Shown here piece after piece: positions 58,131 through 64,000 of a DNA stretch of 64,000 nt. The stretch is taken from the NCBI GenBank assembly GCA_013333695.2, contig JABCOH020000013.1:4623-68622 (forward strand), written 5' to 3'. The position numbers were made by a program, and so were the translations under genes. Below the pieces are notes generated by a model. It saw nothing but the letters and a program-made list of their open reading frames with translations. It had not been told where the DNA came from and did not search any database. The number at the start of each line of letters is the position of its first letter. Position 1 is the first letter of the stretch. The stretch comes from Candidatus Saccharimonadota bacterium (GTDB lineage Bacteria > Patescibacteriota > Saccharimonadia > Saccharimonadales > Saccharimonadaceae).

Positions 58131-59393
58131 ATGGTGTTAGATAGGCTTTTCAAGAAGACAGACAAAGATGAACACCAGTACCTGGTCGGTCTCGACATTG
58201 GTACGGAGTATATTAAGGCGCTGATTGCCGAGATCAAGGATGATGATATCGAGATTATCGGGGTTGGTCGGGCGCAGCAGAATTTGGGCGACATGCACCA
58301 AGGCGCGATCGCTGATATCGCCGGTGTGGTGACTAATTGTGAGGCGGCGCTGACCGAAGCTGAGGACAAGGCCGGTGTTCAGGCCAAGCGGGTGATCATC
58401 GGTATCGCCGGTGAGCTGGTCAAGGGCGTAACCAACACGATTCGCTATCGCCGGCCGCAGCCTGATAAGCCGCTGGACGTTGCTGAGATGGAATTCATCA
58501 TCGAGAAGGTACAGGAACGGGCGCAGGGCAAGGCGCAGGCGCAGATTGCGCTGGAGACTGGCAACGAGGATGTGGAAGTAAAGCTGGTGAATTCAGCGCT
58601 AGTCAGTATTCATATTGATGGCTACAAGGTGTCGAACCCGATCGGCTTTCAGGGGCGGGACGTGGCAGTGCAGATTTATACGGCATTTGCGCCGATGGTG
58701 CATATCGGGGCACTGGAAAAGGTGGCTGATGAGTTAGCGCTGGAGCTAATCGCCGTGGCGGCCGAGCCGTTTGCAGTCAGCCGAAGTGTGCTCGGTACGG
58801 ATGCGAATTCTAATTTTACGGCGATTTTGATCGACTGCGGTGGCGGCACGACTGATATTGCGGTCGTCAATGACGGCGGCGTTGAGGGTACCAAGATGTT
58901 CGGTATCGGTGGACGGAGCTTTACGCGGATGATTGCGGCGGATCTTGACCTGGGTTACAAAGAGGCGGAAAAGCTGAAGGTAAACACTGATAATGGCTAC
59001 ATCAAACCAACACTCAAGCGCAAACTTGACGAAGCGATTGATAAAACCCTTGAGGTATGGCTGTCGGGTGTTGAGCTGGCGCTTGGCGATTTTGACAGCG
59101 TTGATCATTTGCCGAACCGAATTTTGTTGTGTGGCGGCGGTGCGAGCTTGCAGCAGCTCGTTGATGCATTGGCCAATCAGCCGTGGTACAAGGAACTGCC
59201 GTTTACGAAAAAGCCAACCATTCAGCATATCAAGCCCTCTGATGTCATCGGTATCACTGATACGACTGGTGATATCACGGATCACACATTTATCACGGTG
59301 ATGGGCCTGCTGCGGGTTGGGTATGATACAATGGTAAGTAATCAAGACGCTCATGGCTTGATGGATAAAGTTAACCGATTACTTAAAATATAG
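58131..59393 (+). CDS. FtsA-like actin-fold ATPase (not linked to ftsZ)
   Basis: LDIGTE, AEP, IDCGGGTTD, GG..FT, EAEKLK, LCGGG motifs. Confidence 0.85.
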   Translation: MVLDRLFKKTDKDEHQYLVGLDIGTEYIKALIAEIKDDDIEIIGVGRAQQNLGDMHQGAIADIAGVVTNCEAALTEAEDKAGVQAKRVIIGIAGELVKGVTNTIRYRRPQPDKPLDVAEMEFIIEKVQERAQGKAQAQIALETGNEDVEVKLVNSALVSIHIDGYKVSNPIGFQGRDVAVQIYTAFAPMVHIGALEKVADELALELIAVAAEPFAVSRSVLGTDANSNFTAILIDCGGGTTDIAVVNDGGVEGTKMFGIGGRSFTRMIAADLDLGYKEAEKLKVNTDNGYIKPTLKRKLDEAIDKTLEVWLSGVELALGDFDSVDHLPNRILLCGGGASLQQLVDALANQPWYKELPFTKKPTIQHIKPSDVIGITDTTGDITDHTFITVMGLLRVGYDTMVSNQDAHGLMDKVNRLLKI

Positions 59394-61007
59394 ATGAATA
59401 AAGATGTTATTTACATTGACGTCGAAGATGATATCACTGCCATTGTTGGCAAGATAAAGGCGTCGAAGGAGCGAATTATCGCGCTGGTGCCACCCAAACG
59501 AGTTGGCGCGCTGCGTAGCGCGGTCAATATGCGGCTGATCGCTCGGACGGCTACGTCGGTTGGTAAGCGGGTGGTGTTGATCACCGGTGATACGATTCTG
59601 TCTGGCCTAGCGGCGGCGGCCAAGATTCCGGTGGCCAAGACACTCCAGAGCAAACCAGAAATGGCCGAGGTGCCGGTACTGAAGGTGGACGACGAAAATG
59701 ACGTCATTGATGGGCGCGAGCTGCCAGTCGGCGAGCTAGAAAAGAGCGCGCAACCTGTTAATGAAACGGATAAAGCGATTGATTCGGCCATCGCTGATTC
59801 ATCCAAAAAACAGGACGACGAAATGCCAAAACCGGCGGATAACGCTAACAAGAACAAGACAGCACCAAAAGTCCCGAACTTTAATCTATTTCGTAAAAAA
59901 TTCCTACTGATCGGTGGTGCCGCGCTACTGCTCATCGGGTTTTTGGTATGGGCGATTTGGTTTGCGCCACGTGCGCGAGTGATTATCACGGCCAAGACGA
60001 CGACCGTGACGGTAAATAAGAAAGTGACGCTCAGGACTGACGGGACGACCGATCCGACTGCTGACATGATCAAGGCCCGTCGGCAGGAGCAAAAAGCAGA
60101 GTTGTCCGTTGAGTTCTCGGCGACTGGCAAGAAGAAAGTTGGTGAGCGGGCCAAGGGTAAGCTACGTGTCGCGACTGATTCTATTAGCCTGCTGGATAAG
60201 ACCATTCCGGCAGGGACGTCGATTCGTACGAGCGGTGGGATGACCTTTACGACTGATAGCGCGGTGACGTTTAGTCGCTCCAATGCCTCGGGCTCAACGG
60301 TCATGGTGACGGCTGCCAATATCGGGGCGGAATATAACGGTGAAAGTGGTTCGGTATCGGGAATGCCATCAGGAGTTAACGCGACACTCGTTGGCGAGAC
60401 TTCAGGTGGTAGTAGTCGTGAGGTGACGGTGGTTAGTAGCGACGATGTTAAGCGTGCCGGCGACTTATTGAACGAAAAAAAAGCCGACTCTCTTCGTGGC
60501 AAGGTCGAGCAATCATTCGGCGGTTCAACGGTTACTATCAAAGAAAGCTATCAAGAACAGCGTAGTGCGCCAACTCCAAGTGTCGCCGTCGATAGTGAAG
60601 CGACTGGTGCAGTGACGCTTAAAACAGTGGTGACCGCCTCGATGGTTGGTATCGAAAAATCAGAGCTAAGCACCTACCTCAAGGCGACCGCCAACAAGGA
60701 ACTAGAGGGCAAGCAGTCACAAAAGATCTATAAAGATGGTGTTGATAGCGTGCAGTTTGCGCAGTTCAGTGGCCGGGGCAGCAACTTCATTGCTCACATC
60801 ACTGCCAATGCCGTCGTCGGCCCAACCATTGATGAGGAAAAGGTCAAGGAGCAGTCGCGCGGTAAAAGTTATGGCGACATCCAGTCAGCGCTCGAAGCCA
60901 TCAAGGGTATCGAAAATGTTGATGTGAAATTCTCTCCGTTCTGGGTGCGCACCGTACCAAATGATACCAAACGAATAAGCATCGAATTCAAGCTCAATGA
61001 AAGCTAA
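59394..61007 (+). CDS. Single-pass membrane protein with baseplate J/gp47-like extracellular region
   Basis: N-terminal alpha/beta domain, linker, TM, then AKG...IPAGT...FTT...VTA...G..YN...SGG pattern. Confidence 0.7.
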   Translation: MNKDVIYIDVEDDITAIVGKIKASKERIIALVPPKRVGALRSAVNMRLIARTATSVGKRVVLITGDTILSGLAAAAKIPVAKTLQSKPEMAEVPVLKVDDENDVIDGRELPVGELEKSAQPVNETDKAIDSAIADSSKKQDDEMPKPADNANKNKTAPKVPNFNLFRKKFLLIGGAALLLIGFLVWAIWFAPRARVIITAKTTTVTVNKKVTLRTDGTTDPTADMIKARRQEQKAELSVEFSATGKKKVGERAKGKLRVATDSISLLDKTIPAGTSIRTSGGMTFTTDSAVTFSRSNASGSTVMVTAANIGAEYNGESGSVSGMPSGVNATLVGETSGGSSREVTVVSSDDVKRAGDLLNEKKADSLRGKVEQSFGGSTVTIKESYQEQRSAPTPSVAVDSEATGAVTLKTVVTASMVGIEKSELSTYLKATANKELEGKQSQKIYKDGVDSVQFAQFSGRGSNFIAHITANAVVGPTIDEEKVKEQSRGKSYGDIQSALEAIKGIENVDVKFSPFWVRTVPNDTKRISIEFKLNES

Positions 61008-61401
61008 AAACTTTCTAGCGCTAGATGTGGGCGAGAAGCGGATCGGTCTGGCGATGGCCGATTCGCAGGTGCGGATCGCGGTGCCGTTTGGTTGGGTGGC
61101 CCATGACGAGCGGGTCATGGAGGAACTGGCAGAGATCATGCTGCGGCACGATATCTCGCTGGTGGTGGTCGGCTATCCGCGTAATCAATCCGGCGAGCCA
61201 ACACAGCAGACGGAGTTTGTGGTTGATTTTGTCAGACGCCTGGGTCAGCTAGACATTGATGCTGAGATTGCTTATCAGGATGAGTCGCTAACCAGCGTTC
61301 AGGCCGAACAGCGCTTGGCTGGCAAGATCAAAGATAAAGGCGACATCGATGCTGAGGCGGCGAGTATCATTTTGCAAGATTATTTGGAGGTGCACGGATG
61401 A
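60997..61401 (+). CDS. ruvX: YqgF/RuvX nuclease
   Basis: LALDVGEKRIGLA, VVGYP, DESLTS, IDAEAASIILQ. Confidence 0.95.
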   Translation: MKAKNFLALDVGEKRIGLAMADSQVRIAVPFGWVAHDERVMEELAEIMLRHDISLVVVGYPRNQSGEPTQQTEFVVDFVRRLGQLDIDAEIAYQDESLTSVQAEQRLAGKIKDKGDIDAEAASIILQDYLEVHG

Positions 61402-62486
61402 AGAAATTGAAGATTAAAAAACGGCGGTTGTGGCTCATTATCGTATCGGCAGTTGTCGCAGTGGCGGGTGTGGTGCTGCTTGGCAGTGTCATTTGGTACA
61501 AGCAAATGCTTCGCCCGGTCGACGCAGTAGCGCGGCAAAAAATTAGTGTCGAGATCGCCAGTGGCGACACGGCACAGGTTATCGCCAAAAAACTTGAAGA
61601 TAAAAAGATTATTCGTAGTGCTTTCGCCATGACGATTTACCTCAAGTTAAATAATGTTACCGGCACCTTCAATAAAGGCGTGTATAGTTTTACGCAAGAT
61701 CAAGATGTGGCGTCGGTGCTTAAGCATCTACTCGGTGGCAAACCGGATCGGCGCTCGGTATTGTTTTATCCAGGGGCAACACTGCGCGATAAGACCTCGA
61801 CGCCTGCCGCTCAAAAGACCGATGTTGCCAGCGCCCTCAAGCGGGCTGGCTACAATGATGAGCAGATCACGGCCGCTTTTGCTGCTACCTATACCGGTAC
61901 GGTACTAAAAAGTAAGCCAGCGACCGCCGATCTCGAGGGTTATATCTATGGTGATACGTACTTCTTGCCGTCAGACGCCACTGCCCAGCAAGCCTTGCAG
62001 CGGGCCATCAGTGAGCTAGATCGGGTGGTAACCGAGAATAATCTCGAAAAGAAATTTGCAGCTCGAGGGCTATCGCTGTATCAAGGATTGACGCTGGCTT
62101 CGATTGTTCAGCGCGAGTCAATCGGCTGTCCGGGTAAGGCGACCTGCGAGGATATGCGGTGGATCGCCAGTGTGTTTTATAACCGTCTCAAAAAGGATAT
62201 GCCGCTCGGGTCGGATGTGACGTATCATTATGCCGCCGATAAGGCCGGTGTTGCTCGCTCGCACACGCTTAATTCACCGTACAATACGCGCATTCACAAG
62301 GGGCTGCCGCCTGGACCAATTGCCTCGCCTGGTCTCGCGGCACTGAATGCTGTGGCCGATCCGGCTCAGGAGGATTACCTTTACTTCTTGAGCGGCGACG
62401 ACAATGTAACCTATTTTGCTAAGACCGAGGCCGAGCACAAGGCGAACATTACCGCCCACTGCGCCAAAAAGTGCCAATTGCCATAG
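61398..62486 (+). CDS. mltG: Endolytic transglycosylase MltG
   Basis: N-terminal TM, LEGYIYGDTY, LASIVQRE, SVFYNRL, SPYNT..GLPPGPI. Confidence 0.95.
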   Translation: MKKLKIKKRRLWLIIVSAVVAVAGVVLLGSVIWYKQMLRPVDAVARQKISVEIASGDTAQVIAKKLEDKKIIRSAFAMTIYLKLNNVTGTFNKGVYSFTQDQDVASVLKHLLGGKPDRRSVLFYPGATLRDKTSTPAAQKTDVASALKRAGYNDEQITAAFAATYTGTVLKSKPATADLEGYIYGDTYFLPSDATAQQALQRAISELDRVVTENNLEKKFAARGLSLYQGLTLASIVQRESIGCPGKATCEDMRWIASVFYNRLKKDMPLGSDVTYHYAADKAGVARSHTLNSPYNTRIHKGLPPGPIASPGLAALNAVADPAQEDYLYFLSGDDNVTYFAKTEAEHKANITAHCAKKCQLP

Positions 62487-62547
62487 TTGCCCTCGGCAAA
62501 TCGCCTATGCTATACTAGGAGTACAGTTAATTCCAAGGAGGGGCAGT

Positions 62548-62940
62548 ATGTCAACGATAGATCAGCAATTTGTAGAATACGTAGTAAAGGCGCTGGTTGG
62601 ACATCCAGAAGATGTCGTCGTCGAGCGTTTGATTGATGAAAAGGGAGTGTTGCTCACGCTGACGGTTAACCCAGAGGACCTCGGTCGGGTCATTGGTAAG
62701 CGTGGCGGTACGGCACAGAGCCTGCGGACACTACTCAGGGCATTGGGGACGAAGAATGATGCACGTTATAACCTGAAAATCGTCAATAATGACGGCTTTA
62801 CAAGCGCCAAGCAAGCTACGACTGCCGCTTCAGACGATGATTCTGTGGACAACTCAACAGATGAAACTGTGGAAAATAGCTCTTCTTATGCAGAAAATAC
62901 TCGAAAAGAGCTTGCAGAACTGGATGATCTTGATATATAA
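62548..62940 (+). CDS. khpA: KH-domain RNA-binding protein
   Basis: EYVVKALV..PEDV, DLGRVIGKRGGTA; ATG 62548 after AAGGAGG. Confidence 0.92.
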   Translation: MSTIDQQFVEYVVKALVGHPEDVVVERLIDEKGVLLTLTVNPEDLGRVIGKRGGTAQSLRTLLRALGTKNDARYNLKIVNNDGFTSAKQATTAASDDDSVDNSTDETVENSSSYAENTRKELAELDDLDI

Positions 62941-63022
62941 TCATAACTAGTTCAAGCACAGACGATATGCGAGAACAGCTCTATGCGAGCAATGGGTAAC
63001 CATTGAGAGCCTTATTTGTGCT

Positions 63023-63053
63023 AAAAAACCGCCTAGCTAAAGGGCGGTTTTTT
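63023..63053. terminator. Intrinsic terminator after khpA
   Basis: AAAAAACCGCC-TAGCTAAAG-GGCGGTTTTTT. Confidence 0.85.
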
Positions 63054-63088
63054 GGTGGTTTTTATGTGGGCGCGGTATAATGAAGGGT

Positions 63089-63748
63089 ATGCGAAAATTT
63101 CAAGTCATTACCCTGTTTCCCGAAATGTTCTCTGGGGTGTTTGAAAATTCTATGATGTGGAAGGCGCAAAAAGATGGTATCGTTTCACTCGAGACAGTGA
63201 ACTTGCGTGAATTTGGTCTGGGGCCGCGCCGGCAAGTCGATGATACGCCATATGGCGGCGGCGATGGGATGCTACTAATGATCGAGCCGTTATGGCGGGC
63301 AGTGGAATTTGCCAGGTCGCGCGATGAGAGCGCGAAGGTTGTCCTGATGAGCCCACGTGGTCGGCGCTGGCGGCAGGCGATGGCGCGCACGGCGGCGGAT
63401 GATGGCCGGGGGCTCATTATCATCTGCGGGCGATATGAGGGCGTTGACGAGCGCATTATGGAACTAGTAGATGAGCAGTGGAGTATCGGTGATTTTGTGC
63501 TGACTGGTGGCGAGCTGCCGGCGATGACCATTATTGATTCGATCGTGCGGCTGCTGCCAGGTGTGCTGGGCGGTGAAACGTCAGCGGAGATCGAGAGCTT
63601 CTCGGACAGCAAGACACTCGAGTATCCGCAGTACACTCGGCCAGAGATATTTAATGGCCTACGAGTACCGGAAGTACTACTGAGCGGGCACCACGGCAAG
63701 ATCGCCGAGTGGCGCAAAAAGCAGTCGCAAAAAGCAGCCGTTGATTAG
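63089..63748 (+). CDS. trmD: tRNA (guanine37-N1)-methyltransferase
   Basis: ITLFPE, VDDTPYGGG, CGRYEGVDER, SIGDFVLTGGE, LEYPQYTRP, LLSG. Confidence 0.98.
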   Translation: MRKFQVITLFPEMFSGVFENSMMWKAQKDGIVSLETVNLREFGLGPRRQVDDTPYGGGDGMLLMIEPLWRAVEFARSRDESAKVVLMSPRGRRWRQAMARTAADDGRGLIIICGRYEGVDERIMELVDEQWSIGDFVLTGGELPAMTIIDSIVRLLPGVLGGETSAEIESFSDSKTLEYPQYTRPEIFNGLRVPEVLLSGHHGKIAEWRKKQSQKAAVD

Positions 63749-63999
63749 GCGGATAGCAGCGACTCTTGTTCGTAGTCATTGACAGCAGGGGCTGCTAATG
63801 CCTTGGCTTTTGCGACGAACTCCTCGAGGTCAGCTAGCTGTTCGGGTGGCATATTTCTTGGATCGTCTCCATAGAGATACCGCACGGTCGATACGGCTGT
63901 CTTACCGAGGCGGATCTCTGATGCCTTTCGCTGAGCTCCAGAGCTGGTTTCTGCTATAAGGTCAAAGCTGGGCTGGGCATTGATAATTCGTAGTTCTAG
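63745..63999 (-). CDS. C-terminal part of a hypothetical protein (runs off window)
   Basis: Open frame ...LELRIINAQPSFD...YEQESLLSA* convergent on trmD. Confidence 0.55.
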   Translation of the reverse strand, partial: LELRIINAQPSFDLIAETSSGAQRKASEIRLGKTAVSTVRYLYGDDPRNMPPEQLADLEEFVAKAKALAAPAVNDYEQESLLSA

Positions 64000-64000
64000 G

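Noticed and set aside
59411..60541. 376-aa antisense ORF and other long shadow ORFs
   Set aside because: They fully overlap well-supported genes on the other strand, are Ser/Thr-rich as expected for antisense frames, and show no motifs.

Overview
The window is gene-dense chromosomal DNA of roughly 50% GC (estimated by eye), mostly on the + strand. Gene content and protein style point to a Saccharibacteria (TM7, Patescibacteria/CPR) genome using the standard code; this is an inference, not a database result. Housekeeping genes include gatA/gatB, dnaE, uvrC, secG, ligA, leuS, rpmF, nusB, rnc, pyk-pgk-tpiA, pcrA, rsmA, metG, tatD, iscS-mnmA, rpsP, alaS, ruvX, mltG, khpA and trmD. There are three tRNAs (Leu-GAG, Cys-GCA, Leu-TAA) and several small accessory inserts. 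Main observations: (1) a stand-alone ~90-nt RNA candidate with its own promoter and two alternative folds (27296-27385); (2) highly palindromic elements inserted in frame in leuS and mnmA, with a similar-looking structure 3' of khpA; (3) an orphan FtsA-like ATPase abutting a membrane-anchored baseplate-J-like protein; (4) a five-gene nucleotide house-cleaning/salvage cluster; (5) about 18 genes with a -10 hexamer 6-8 nt before the start codon (leaderless), including two near-identical bidirectional mini-promoters; (6) loss of cysteine metal sites in UvrC, LigA and L32; (7) nusB interrupted by a single TGA. I saw no rRNA, CRISPR array, transposase or prophage. All calls are by-eye motif recognition.
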